30,154 nucleotides of DNA, taken from the IMG/VR virus record IMGVR_UViG_3300031413_000569; one strand, given 5' to 3'. The translations under genes and the position numbers were made by a program. This stretch comes from a virus. Positions within the stretch are counted from its first letter, which is position 1. Each line of letters starts with the position of its first letter. Shown one piece after another: positions 16,891-25,725 of this stretch. The notes beneath the pieces were generated by a model that saw only the letters and a list, made by a program, of their open reading frames with translations, ran no database searches and was not told the DNA's origin.

Positions 16891-18747
16891 TTAGACATCA
16901 GCTAACTTTTTGAAAGTACGGGTAAACACGCCTTTAGGGTTCTTCAAAGTACCTTCAAACGCCTGAAAGTCCCAAAGAATTCTTAGAGCTTCGAACATTT
17001 CGTAAATCTCTTCAGAAGAGTCAACTTCCTGGAAAGTGTATGCATCAGGAGAAAGATGAAGCACAGCAGTAAGGTCAGTCTGAGGAGGAGACACCAAAGT
17101 TTTGCTATCAGGTGAAATGAACTCAACGTTCTTGTTAGCTGCCAACTGGAAAGCCACAGGAGCGTGGGCACCTGTACGGTTTGTGTTGTGAGTAAGCACA
17201 CCACCAGTAACATGGTTGTGGGTATTCTCTACTTCGATAGCTACAGTGTGGACAGGTTCAGCGTTTTCACGAACGCGAATTACTTTGACTTCTTCAAGAC
17301 CATAAATGTGGACCTGCTCGCCTGACTGGATAGGCAAACGCAGGACAGGATGACCAGTTTTGGGGTTCATTCCAATTTTAGTAACCTGACCGTTGTTGAA
17401 GTAAAGCTGCTGCAAAGACTGCAAGCTGGCAATTTCACGATGTTCAACAAAGAAGAAGTCTTCATTTACAGCTTTGTTAGCAAACACTTCCTGGACACCA
17501 GACATGAATGCTGTCTGGAAAATCAGAGGAGAAGAGAAAACAAAGTCAGGAATGACAGGGTTGTTGATAAGTTCCAACAGCTCTTCAATGCTGAGCTTAG
17601 CTTTATTAGCAACACGACGAAGACCTGTTTTTACCCTGATACGGTCGTCGGCAGATTTCAAGAAACCAAACGAAGCAAGCTCGTCAAGAAGTTCTGCACG
17701 AGAGGTGCCAGGGAAGCTCACTTTACCTGAATCAGTCCAGTCTACATCATTGTAGTGAGCCAAAGCCCAGAGGAGTCCGAACAGGTAAGGAGAAAGGTGT
17801 TTGTTGAAGGGCCATTCGGTCTCAGACTTGTAAGGTGAGTGGGACCATCCTGAAACAATGTACACATGGTCATCACGGGAAAGTTTCTCGCTCTCTAACC
17901 AAACCATGCCCTCTGCAGCCCGCTTCAGGAACTTGTGGTTACCAGTTACTGTAATGGACTGACCAAGTTCTGTCACCACAGTGTAAGTAGGCTGGAAGCC
18001 ATTGGAGCCGGCGTAAGAAACTCGGTCTACCTGTAAGCCATCTTTTTCTGACCAAGAGACAACTTCATCGCCTACCTTGATATCTTTTGCTTGCTTCTGT
18101 GAACCGTCTTTCATCAAGACAAGTGTGTCATCAGTCGTGCATTTGTAATCGCCCAAAATATTTACTCCGTTCACAGTGGCGTGGAAGTCCGCTGTGCCAG
18201 CGAACCCTAAATCTTTGTTTCTTGTCTTACCAAAACCAGTAATCTCTGTATAGTTGAAGGTCGGCTGGAAGTCATCCAACCAACGCCTGAACTGCTCAAC
18301 GCATCCCTTTTCATACTCTGTAAGAGGCATATGAGTGATGGTTTGACCGAGCGAGATAAGTTCACAAGCATTATGAACGTTAGTTCCCTGAGTGCCCCAG
18401 AAAGTCATGTGCTTATAGGGGATATCTTTGAGATATTTGAAAGCAGCTTCTTCTCGTTCGATGACGGCACGAGTGTGCTGCACTGCCATTTTGACAGCTT
18501 CTTTGGCTGTCATTTTCGCAGCCCAGTCAGTAAGGAAGGGATTGTTCTTGACATCAATCACATTAGTAATTGACGGAACAAGATCGCCTGACTGAATAAG
18601 TCCCTTGTAGACTGGAAGAGACTGGTAGTTCTCTGGTAGAATGAAGTCAGGTCGACGGTAAAGTCGTCCTACTTTATCCCAGCGCTCTCTGTAGGGAGGA
18701 ACCACTCTTACAGAGAGCTGAGGATTTGAATCTAATAGTTCGGTCAT
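16891..18747 (-). CDS. PD-(D/E)xK (RecB/Cas4-like) exonuclease interrupted by an intein
   Basis: PSITNVI, GTNVH, E, FAGTAD...GDYK|TNRTG...FQLAA after removing the intein (about 299-aa extein). Confidence 0.85.
   Translation of the reverse strand: MTELLDSNPQLSVRVVPPYRERWDKVGRLYRRPDFILPENYQSLPVYKGLIQSGDLVPSITNVIDVKNNPFLTDWAAKMTAKEAVKMAVQHTRAVIEREEAAFKYLKDIPYKHMTFWGTQGTNVHNACELISLGQTITHMPLTEYEKGCVEQFRRWLDDFQPTFNYTEITGFGKTRNKDLGFAGTADFHATVNGVNILGDYKCTTDDTLVLMKDGSQKQAKDIKVGDEVVSWSEKDGLQVDRVSYAGSNGFQPTYTVVTELGQSITVTGNHKFLKRAAEGMVWLESEKLSRDDHVYIVSGWSHSPYKSETEWPFNKHLSPYLFGLLWALAHYNDVDWTDSGKVSFPGTSRAELLDELASFGFLKSADDRIRVKTGLRRVANKAKLSIEELLELINNPVIPDFVFSSPLIFQTAFMSGVQEVFANKAVNEDFFFVEHREIASLQSLQQLYFNNGQVTKIGMNPKTGHPVLRLPIQSGEQVHIYGLEEVKVIRVRENAEPVHTVAIEVENTHNHVTGGVLTHNTNRTGAHAPVAFQLAANKNVEFISPDSKTLVSPPQTDLTAVLHLSPDAYTFQEVDSSEEIYEMFEALRILWDFQAFEGTLKNPKGVFTRTFKKLADV
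17185..18141 (-). mobile_element. Intein (319 aa) with degenerate LAGLIDADG-type homing endonuclease region
   Basis: Starts CTTDDTLVLMKDG...KDIKVGDEV, block B TVTGNHKFL, ends AIEVENTHNHVTGGVLTHN followed by +1 Thr. Confidence 0.92.
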
Positions 18748-18784
18748 GAGGGGCGGGGAGCTTTCGTTCGGTGCTTGTGTTATA

Positions 18785-18814
18785 ACTTTAGCACCAAGAA
18801 ATACTGTTTGTCAA
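18785..18814 (-). promoter_or_regulatory. Sigma-A-type promoter
   Basis: TTGACA-N18-TAAAGT with extended TG, upstream of the nuclease-recX genes. Confidence 0.7.
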
Positions 18815-18845
18815 GTTGACTTAGACCGAATTCAAAAAGATTGTT

Positions 18846-19100
18846 TTATGAATAGAAAGAGAAGAGCGTAGCTGCTCCAACAGCAATGATACCAAGGACT
18901 GCAATGGTTCCCACAACAGGAATAGCAGTTTTAATCAATCGAGCAATGATTGATTTTGTAGTTGGGCGACTATTGGCTTGAGGAACATAATTAGAGGCTA
19001 ACCACGGAATCTCAGGCATGTCTGAGATTTTATCAGGTACAGGACGCTTTGGGCGGTCAGGAATACGGGTTTGAATATCTGTCTCAATGTCACCAAACAT
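18846..19100 (-). CDS. Small protein with C-terminal TM helix
   Basis: Hydrophobic C-terminus; last gene of a tightly packed operon. Confidence 0.7.
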   Translation of the reverse strand: MFGDIETDIQTRIPDRPKRPVPDKISDMPEIPWLASNYVPQANSRPTTKSIIARLIKTAIPVVGTIAVLGIIAVGAATLFSFYS

Positions 19101-19104
19101 AGGG

Positions 19105-19575
19105 TCAGTTCCTTTCCTGAATGAAAGTCTTCAATGAAGACAACTTATAACTATCAGCATCGCTTGCTAACAGTAATCTTTCTAATGCTTTACTACTACC
19201 TAACATTATCGGAGTAGTCAAACTGTTTAGTATCGCTACATGTAAGTCTTCATCCACATCAAGATATTCTTCGATAGTTTCTTGTAGGTTAGAAGACAAC
19301 AAAAAGCTCGAAGGGAAAGCATTGTTCAAGCTCACCTCATATACAGAACCGTATTTGCGGAGAGTGAAATTGACTTGATCCTTTTCTACTGCATACATAG
19401 GTGGAGCTACATCATTGATGCATAGATTCACATTGGGTACATATGATAAGAATTGTTCATCTTGAACTGAGTAGAACCACATGCCATTAGTGGCAATTTC
19501 TTCAGCCTCAGCATGATGACGAGGAAACATCTGTCTCATGACGTTTACCGAAACGACAGGAAATTTGGAGGTCAA
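19105..19575 (-). CDS. Hypothetical protein (156 aa)
   Basis: TTG start overlapping the upstream stop; fills the operon. Confidence 0.7.
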   Translation of the reverse strand: MTSKFPVVSVNVMRQMFPRHHAEAEEIATNGMWFYSVQDEQFLSYVPNVNLCINDVAPPMYAVEKDQVNFTLRKYGSVYEVSLNNAFPSSFLLSSNLQETIEEYLDVDEDLHVAILNSLTTPIMLGSSKALERLLLASDADSYKLSSLKTFIQERN

Positions 19576-19859
19576 TAGAGTATCTCTTTCAATTCTTGAT
19601 TTAAAGGTATTTTGCTAAGAAACTCATACTCGCCAGTAGAGAGTTTCAACGGAATGGCTCCATCAGCTTTCCCTAAACTTACTGCAATTCTTTCATATGC
19701 TGGATAAAGAACTTCGGCACGGCTTTCTGCTACTCCACATTCGATGAGGATGTTCTCAATATGAGGGTTGACTTCAGCCAAGTTAAAACGAAACTCATGG
19801 AGAGCTTCCCAAATGCCTTTAAGTTCTTGCTCAGACACCCATAATGTTTTCAAATCCAT
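19572..19859 (-). CDS. Hypothetical protein (95 aa)
   Basis: ATG 2 nt after the upstream stop; fills the operon. Confidence 0.7.
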   Translation of the reverse strand: MDLKTLWVSEQELKGIWEALHEFRFNLAEVNPHIENILIECGVAESRAEVLYPAYERIAVSLGKADGAIPLKLSTGEYEFLSKIPLNQELKEILY

Positions 19860-19861
19860 TA

Positions 19862-20518
19862 TCAGTTACCAGCTTTCACATTCTGAACTTCTCCAAAAAT
19901 GCTTTCACCTTTGATGAGGAAATAACTACCAGGCTGGCATTCACCACTCATGCATTTGACCAAGTACTCATCTTGAAGCTTGCGTGAGGAAACATCCTGA
20001 GGCTGACCAGATTCATCAACCAGCGTACCTTCATAGGATTGTGAACTTGAACCAGAGATTGAAATCTGGCCATTAGCTGCAGAGATAGTATCAACAGGTC
20101 CACTACTGATTTCACCTACGACAGGATTAGGAACACCCATGAAGGCATATTTCAATCTGTTTAGAGGGTCATCTTCAGATGCCTCAGTTCGTGAACCTAA
20201 AATTTTATCAGTTAAAGCTGGTTCTCCACCTAAGAATGTCCCACGTGCGACGAAGACCGGTTTGCCTTCCACGAAAGTGGTAAAGAATAGAGACACAGCT
20301 AAGGTAGTGTACAGCACAGCGAAGATAAGAACAGCAGACACTAAGAATAACGCACCGCTCTTGAGCCACCCTGCAAAAATCTTGAACCATGACTCTTCAG
20401 AGAACATTACAATATCTGAATTAGAATCGTAAGCCAAAGCTGGTTTGGCATCTGAGGTGTCAACAGCTAAACCGTGTTGCCTCAGACTGGGTTTGTAGTC
20501 TTGTATACGATGAACCAT
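19862..20518 (-). CDS. Membrane-anchored protein (218 aa)
   Basis: One long hydrophobic segment, then a beta-rich domain with CxxxxC. Confidence 0.8.
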   Translation of the reverse strand: MVHRIQDYKPSLRQHGLAVDTSDAKPALAYDSNSDIVMFSEESWFKIFAGWLKSGALFLVSAVLIFAVLYTTLAVSLFFTTFVEGKPVFVARGTFLGGEPALTDKILGSRTEASEDDPLNRLKYAFMGVPNPVVGEISSGPVDTISAANGQISISGSSSQSYEGTLVDESGQPQDVSSRKLQDEYLVKCMSGECQPGSYFLIKGESIFGEVQNVKAGN

Positions 20519-20521
20519 GGC

Positions 20522-21778
20522 TTACAGGTCCTCTGGGCGAATCTGAGGCAATGGACGACCTGTTGCTGATTCTGGAACAGCTTCAGCCTGTGGACGACCT
20601 TCAATCTGTGCTACATAGTTTTCAAGGTCTTTGATGTAAGCATCCTGCTGAGCTACTGCTGAGCTAAGTGTTTTCACTTCTGCTCTGAGTTTCAAGTCGC
20701 CTTCGTTAGTGAGTTCATCAATTTCATCAAGGGGCTTGGAGTCCTCTGGTAAGGAATTCAGAATACGCTGTTCGGCTTCCTGAACAGCTTCTGCAACAGC
20801 AGCTGTCAGTTCTTCCTCAGTGTAACCAGTATGAGCTGCCTCTGCCTCTGTACGAGCTTTTTGTTCAGCTGCTGCAACTGCGGACGCCGTGGCAGCTTCA
20901 ACCGCTGCAACCGCTTTATTTTTCTCAGCTGTTTTAGTAGCTTCTACTTCTGCAACTGCAGCATTTTTCTCAGCTGTTTTAGCTGCTTCTACTGCTGCAA
21001 CCGCAGCTGCTTTTTCTGCTTCTTTAGCGGCTTCAGCTTCCGCTACAGCAGTTGCAATAAATTCTTCGACTTCTTCATGAGTGTAAGTGTCGTCAGAGAC
21101 AGCTGGAGCTACTGGGATGTTTGATACTGCTTCAGCAATGAGAGCATCAGCTTGCTCTTGTGTGTAGACGCCTGCGTTCTGAGACGCATCAGCTAAAATC
21201 TTTTCTACTTCTTCAGAAGTGTAGTAACCTCGGCTTGCAATTTCTGCTTCTTTAGCTGCTTCAGCTTCCGCTACAGCAGTTGCAATGAAACCTTCAACCT
21301 CTTCACGAGAGTAGTATTCTCCTTCAGGCGACTGTACCGGTGCTGAGGCCACAGTAGCTTGGTCCCTCTGGGCAGCTTTTAGTTCTTCTTCGAGCTGATG
21401 AATGCGACCGATGAGTACATCAGTTTCGTCATCTTTTTCAACTTCATCTACGGCAAGACCAATAGCCTCGTTGTACTGCTTGTTATCAAGCTGGGCTTGA
21501 AGGTTCATCACGTTCACTTCAAGTGTGTCAATGACCTCACCCAACTTGTGCACAGCTAAGTCTCTTTGGTGGAGAACATCTGCGTAATAGTCTAAGGTTG
21601 GCTGTACTCGTTCAAAGATAAATGATTCAATATCTCCAAATGCGTAGCCCTGTGGTCGAGAAACGCGGAAACGAACACTTCGGGCTTGCCCGGAAGTCAT
21701 TATCTCTTCAGGGGGCGTAGTCTGCACTGGGATACCAAGACGCTCTAAAGCCCCTTGCTGCTGCTCGTAATTGCTCAT
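20522..21778 (-). CDS. DivIVA-domain coiled-coil protein with internal repeats
   Basis: MTSGQARSVRFRVSRPQGY...IESFI...V matches the DivIVA N-terminal pattern, followed by a long Ala/Glu coiled coil. Confidence 0.75.
   Translation of the reverse strand: MSNYEQQQGALERLGIPVQTTPPEEIMTSGQARSVRFRVSRPQGYAFGDIESFIFERVQPTLDYYADVLHQRDLAVHKLGEVIDTLEVNVMNLQAQLDNKQYNEAIGLAVDEVEKDDETDVLIGRIHQLEEELKAAQRDQATVASAPVQSPEGEYYSREEVEGFIATAVAEAEAAKEAEIASRGYYTSEEVEKILADASQNAGVYTQEQADALIAEAVSNIPVAPAVSDDTYTHEEVEEFIATAVAEAEAAKEAEKAAAVAAVEAAKTAEKNAAVAEVEATKTAEKNKAVAAVEAATASAVAAAEQKARTEAEAAHTGYTEEELTAAVAEAVQEAEQRILNSLPEDSKPLDEIDELTNEGDLKLRAEVKTLSSAVAQQDAYIKDLENYVAQIEGRPQAEAVPESATGRPLPQIRPEDL
21013..21286. repeat. 46-bp direct repeat (1 mismatch) inside the DivIVA-like gene
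   Basis: 21013-21058 vs 21241-21286, both encoding IATAVAEAEAAKEAE. Confidence 0.9.
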
Positions 21779-21946
21779 ATCCTGTCTTTCTTGGCTAATA
21801 AACTCTATGATTCTCTATCGTCTCAGAACAAAGGAATAAGCATTGTCGATTCTTTGTTGAATTAGATGACTGCAAAATAACGTTTTTGCGGTACATACCC
21901 CTAAAAATGAACTAAACGCAAGGATTGAGTTAACATAGACACACCT

Positions 21947-22267
21947 ATGAACAACGATAACAGCTTTATTCCTATTTATATTAAGCTCTTCGAACGCAGC
22001 AGCAAGTCGTTAGAGCAACTTCTCCGTGATGTTGAGTCACTTTCAAAAGAGTGCTCTTTAGAGAGTGACGTTGAATTGTCCCAAATCTCTCGCAGCGAGA
22101 AGAACTCGTCCATGTACATGGCGGTATTTTGTGTGAACACAAAACCGGCACGACAGCGACACTCTAACTCTGTTGGTGTTTTCTTAGATAAGGTGTTTAG
22201 CCAGCTTGCTGACAAACATCCTGCTTTTGCCGAACCCTTGAACCCTGACCTTGAAAGCGTGAAATGA
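21947..22267 (+). CDS. Hypothetical protein (106 aa), coupled to the sigma factor gene
   Basis: ATGA overlap with 22264. Confidence 0.7.
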   Translation: MNNDNSFIPIYIKLFERSSKSLEQLLRDVESLSKECSLESDVELSQISRSEKNSSMYMAVFCVNTKPARQRHSNSVGVFLDKVFSQLADKHPAFAEPLNPDLESVK

Positions 22268-23565
22268 ACGTTGCACAATACACCGAGCTTGATACGCTCC
22301 TGTTAGACAAACTTGCTGATGGGCAGTGGCATCCAAGCACAAAAATTTGGAGTCGTTTCGGTGACGAAGCTAAACTTCTTGATCCTAAAGTCTCCAAAAA
22401 ACAAATGCTAACAATGTTAGATGAATTGGTAGAAAAAGAGATTCTTCTTAGCGGAGCCAACCAGTCTTACCGCTTTGTTACTCGTGAACTTGAGTTGTGG
22501 AGACTTCTTTCCCCAACTCTTGACTTGACCAGCCTAAAAGACACTCCTCGCTACTTTGGAGGAATCTTAGAGGATGACGGATGGCAACGAGCTCCTCTAA
22601 GAGAGTGTCATTTGGTTCATTTCAAAGCCTCTCGTAAGCTTTCAAAAACAGAGTTATCTAAATTGGTGTCAGAGCCAATGAATATGATTAACTTGAACGA
22701 GGATGGATTATATAAAATCTATTCTCGTGATAAAGAAACCACATACAACCGCGTCAAAGAACTGAAGGTTGAGTTCCCCGAATACGAAATTAGTGGTATC
22801 AGATTAGAAGCCAACTTACGTCGACGCAGTTTAGACGAACTGCACCAGCGCTACCTGTCAGAGTTATGCAGACATTATGGCCAGTTTGCTAAAGTTCTCC
22901 TTCGTGGACAGATGTCTTCAATCAAAAAGCATCTTCCTGAAGATGATGACGCTCAGCAGCAGATTTATCTCTGGGTGATAGAAGCTGTCAAACGTTATGA
23001 TGATTCCACTTCTATTCCTTTTGCTGCTTATCTTGGAACCAGTATCAAAAAATGGGTTTACGACTTGAATCGCAAATCCTATGGCCGTTCCATCGCAGAC
23101 AAAGAATTGAAGCACTCCCGAGCTATCAACGAATTCCGTGCAATTGAAGAGCGTAACCCTACTGCTGAAGAACTTGCTCGAATTCTCAACATTCCAGTTG
23201 ATGAAGTAAACAGAGAAAAAGAAGACATCAACACTGTTGTAAATCTACGAAACCAAAAAGCTATTGAATACGATGACTTTGAGTTACCTCTTCCTGCTGA
23301 AGACCAAACAGATGCACATCTCGACAACTTGATTGAATCGACTATCCTGTCAGCTTCCATTACGACAGCATCTAAGTTGCCTAATGGTAAACGTAACATT
23401 GCTGGCTTGGTTGCTATCTATTACAAAACATGGGGTGTGGATGTTGAGAACAAGCGTATTCGATCTTGGATGCGCAGCAAAAGCACTGTGCAAGCTCTGG
23501 ATGACATCACCAGCCGAGCTGAGCAAATCATTGTAGACACAAGAAGAGAAGAGCATATCAGCTGA
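22264..23565 (+). CDS. Divergent sigma-70-family factor with about 200-aa N-terminal extension
   Basis: Region 2 DDAQQQIYLWVIEAVKRYDDSTSIPFAAYL; region 3 ERNPTAEELARILNIPVDEV. A region 4 HTH is not recognisable. Confidence 0.8.
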   Translation: MNVAQYTELDTLLLDKLADGQWHPSTKIWSRFGDEAKLLDPKVSKKQMLTMLDELVEKEILLSGANQSYRFVTRELELWRLLSPTLDLTSLKDTPRYFGGILEDDGWQRAPLRECHLVHFKASRKLSKTELSKLVSEPMNMINLNEDGLYKIYSRDKETTYNRVKELKVEFPEYEISGIRLEANLRRRSLDELHQRYLSELCRHYGQFAKVLLRGQMSSIKKHLPEDDDAQQQIYLWVIEAVKRYDDSTSIPFAAYLGTSIKKWVYDLNRKSYGRSIADKELKHSRAINEFRAIEERNPTAEELARILNIPVDEVNREKEDINTVVNLRNQKAIEYDDFELPLPAEDQTDAHLDNLIESTILSASITTASKLPNGKRNIAGLVAIYYKTWGVDVENKRIRSWMRSKSTVQALDDITSRAEQIIVDTRREEHIS

Positions 23566-24251
23566 TGTTAGGTTACGTTAACTCTTTGTTAGCGATCCTT
23601 GTTACTACCATCGGACTCTCGTTGTATACTGTGAAGGACCTTGTTCCTTCATGGAACACACGAGAGTTCGGTGTTTTACAAGGCGCATGGAACAAAATGC
23701 TTATCTGGTCTTCTGTGGTAAGTATCGGAGTGAGTTTGTCTGTCTATCATGGCACGCAGGATAGCTTCATTGCATTATTGATCGGAACTCTTACTTACTT
23801 TGTATCTTTCGCGGCTCAAACAGACATCAACTTGCATCTTGTACCGAAAGAGTTCAGCTCTTTAGCTATCATTGTAGGAGCCTTGTTCGGCGGGGTTGGT
23901 CTCATCTTCTCTGAGACTAAAACGATCATGTTTTCGCTTTTTCAGTCTCCTTTGGAGATAGCGTTGACCAGCTTAGGACTTTATACTGCAGTCATCTGTT
24001 TGATCTTTATCGCTTTGGTGTTTGGAGCTAAGGGAGTCGGTTTTGCTGATATCAAAATGTTTTGGGCTACAGGTTTCTTTGTTAGCTGGTATGCCGGCTA
24101 TATCAATATGATTGCTTTGTTCATGTTGGTGAACATTCTTCTATTTGTCCATCTCATCTATTTTAGGTTAAACAAAAGCAGGGAGAACATTCCTGTTCTC
24201 CCTGCTTTTTCCGCAGCAGTTATACTTGGTAGTATTTTACTGTTGGGGTAA
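23565..24251 (+). CDS. Prepilin peptidase (A24, TadV/CpaA-like)
   Basis: Multi-TM protein with two Asp motifs, AAQTDINLHLVP and GVGFADIK, and C-terminal IPVLPA. Confidence 0.8.
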   Translation: MLGYVNSLLAILVTTIGLSLYTVKDLVPSWNTREFGVLQGAWNKMLIWSSVVSIGVSLSVYHGTQDSFIALLIGTLTYFVSFAAQTDINLHLVPKEFSSLAIIVGALFGGVGLIFSETKTIMFSLFQSPLEIALTSLGLYTAVICLIFIALVFGAKGVGFADIKMFWATGFFVSWYAGYINMIALFMLVNILLFVHLIYFRLNKSRENIPVLPAFSAAVILGSILLLG

Positions 24252-24253
24252 GG

Positions 24254-24517
24254 TTACTTACTGTACTGTGAGCAACCTGTGGTGGTGTTTACACCAGAGA
24301 TACACTTGCTGAGCTTGGTACCCTGTGATTTCATGGCGTTTGTAATCATTGTACCTACGACAACACAGATGATTACGAAGATACCGATGATGATAACGGT
24401 CTGAACAACGTCAGCACGCTCTGAGCTTTCGCCCTTTGCAACTGCACGTGCACGACGCATTGAGTCAGCTGCAAACATCTGTGTCTTCACAGAGGCGTTT
24501 AACATTAAGTCTTTCAT
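24254..24517 (-). CDS. Flp/type IV-like pilin precursor (atypical cleavage site)
   Basis: Basic leader, ESSERA|DVVQT, hydrophobic helix and a C-terminal Cys pair. It is convergent with the A24 peptidase. Start ATG 24517 follows AAGGAAA. Confidence 0.6.
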   Translation of the reverse strand: MKDLMLNASVKTQMFAADSMRRARAVAKGESSERADVVQTVIIIGIFVIICVVVGTMITNAMKSQGTKLSKCISGVNTTTGCSQYSK

Positions 24518-24637
24518 TTCACTTTTCCTTTTGATAGTCAAGAACACTTGCTGATATACTTATCGGAAGAAGGGAAGAATTTGAGCGGATTTATGTAAAA
24601 AATCCCCTGTTTTGTGATATGATGTTTTTATTTTGTT

Positions 24638-24687
24638 TTTAAACCAGGAAAGCCCCACTATTTCTAGTGGGGCTTTCCTGGTTTAAA
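24638..24687. terminator. 23-bp perfect inverted repeat terminator
   Basis: TTTAAACCAGGAAAGCCCCACTA-tttc-TAGTGGGGCTTTCCTGGTTTAAA, after the 24690 stop. Confidence 0.8.
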
Positions 24688-24689
24688 GC

Positions 24690-25664
24690 TTATTCTTCGT
24701 CAAGGTCGTCTAAGTCGTCTTCGACCTCAGGGACTTCTTCGCCTTCAGCGTTCTGCTCAGACAAGAACGTTTCAAACTTATCTTTGAAGTCGTTCAACCA
24801 TGGGAGTACTGTATCCAGCAACTCACCAAACTCACCCCAACGCTCACGAGGAAGGAATGGTACCAGTTCTTCACCATCCCCTACAGCATTGATGTTCTTC
24901 AGCCCAGAGTACAGGTTGTAGATTTTGTCGAATTTACGACGGACATCATTAGAGTTTTCCATGGCATCATCATCTTCGAAGTCATCTGCTTCGTCAAATT
25001 CGATGTCATCTTCTTCTTCATCACCCTGCCACTGTCCACCAGTGCCGGTGCCTGCGTGAGGTGGTTCGGCAAGTTCTTCTTCGTCTTCGTCATTCAAGAA
25101 GTTATTAGCTTCCTGCTGTTCACGACGTTCGCGGATGATATCTTCGATGATAGCTCCAGCGTCATCTTCTTCATCCAAAGTCTCAACACGCTGTTCGATT
25201 TCTTCCAACAGTTCTGGAAGAACATGCTTCAATTTACTGGATACTGGTTCGGTGATCCGAATTTCAGTTCCTTCTGGAACTTTAGCTTCAATAGCTGCAA
25301 TGAAGTTAGCTTGGTTCAAAAGTCGGTAAGCGTAGACTTTAGAGAAACTGAACTCTTCTTTGACATAAGCTTCGAAAGAGTTGTATCCTAATGCTCTGTA
25401 TGCTTTACCAGCATGAGCTCGCTTTACCAGAAGGTAAAGCACATTGGAAGTTGTTCTGATGCGCTCAGTAATCTCTCGTGCAGAGTTTTCATCTAACTCT
25501 GGGGAAGAGAAATTGATTTGAGATACGACTTCATTGCCTTCAACATCATGCTGGATAAGAGTCGCAACTTCATCATCAGGGTTGTGATGAGCTGAAGAAA
25601 CAACGATTTCCCCGCCCTCGTTATCTGCTGGGTCTTTGTCCCAGTCAATGATGCTGTCTGTCAT
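24690..25664 (-). CDS. Highly acidic protein with putative phage-type HTH-like segment
   Basis: AYRALGYNSFEAYVKEEFSFSKVYAYRLL motif flanked by Asp/Glu-rich tracts. Confidence 0.8.
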   Translation of the reverse strand: MTDSIIDWDKDPADNEGGEIVVSSAHHNPDDEVATLIQHDVEGNEVVSQINFSSPELDENSAREITERIRTTSNVLYLLVKRAHAGKAYRALGYNSFEAYVKEEFSFSKVYAYRLLNQANFIAAIEAKVPEGTEIRITEPVSSKLKHVLPELLEEIEQRVETLDEEDDAGAIIEDIIRERREQQEANNFLNDEDEEELAEPPHAGTGTGGQWQGDEEEDDIEFDEADDFEDDDAMENSNDVRRKFDKIYNLYSGLKNINAVGDGEELVPFLPRERWGEFGELLDTVLPWLNDFKDKFETFLSEQNAEGEEVPEVEDDLDDLDEE

Positions 25665-25725
25665 AGTAAGTCCTTAAAGAGATTTTCCTACTAGCCCTAT
25701 CGGACAAAGTACGCACTTCTTTTGT

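Noticed and set aside
16891-18747. Cas4 as part of a CRISPR-Cas system; RuvC-like gene as TnpB/Cas12
   Set aside because: No cas1/cas2 or array, no clear four-Cys Fe-S set in the extein, and the RuvC-like protein is only 170 aa.
20831-21300. CRISPR-like or non-coding repeat array
   Set aside because: The repeats are in-frame coding repeats of the DivIVA-like protein, without a repeat-spacer pattern.
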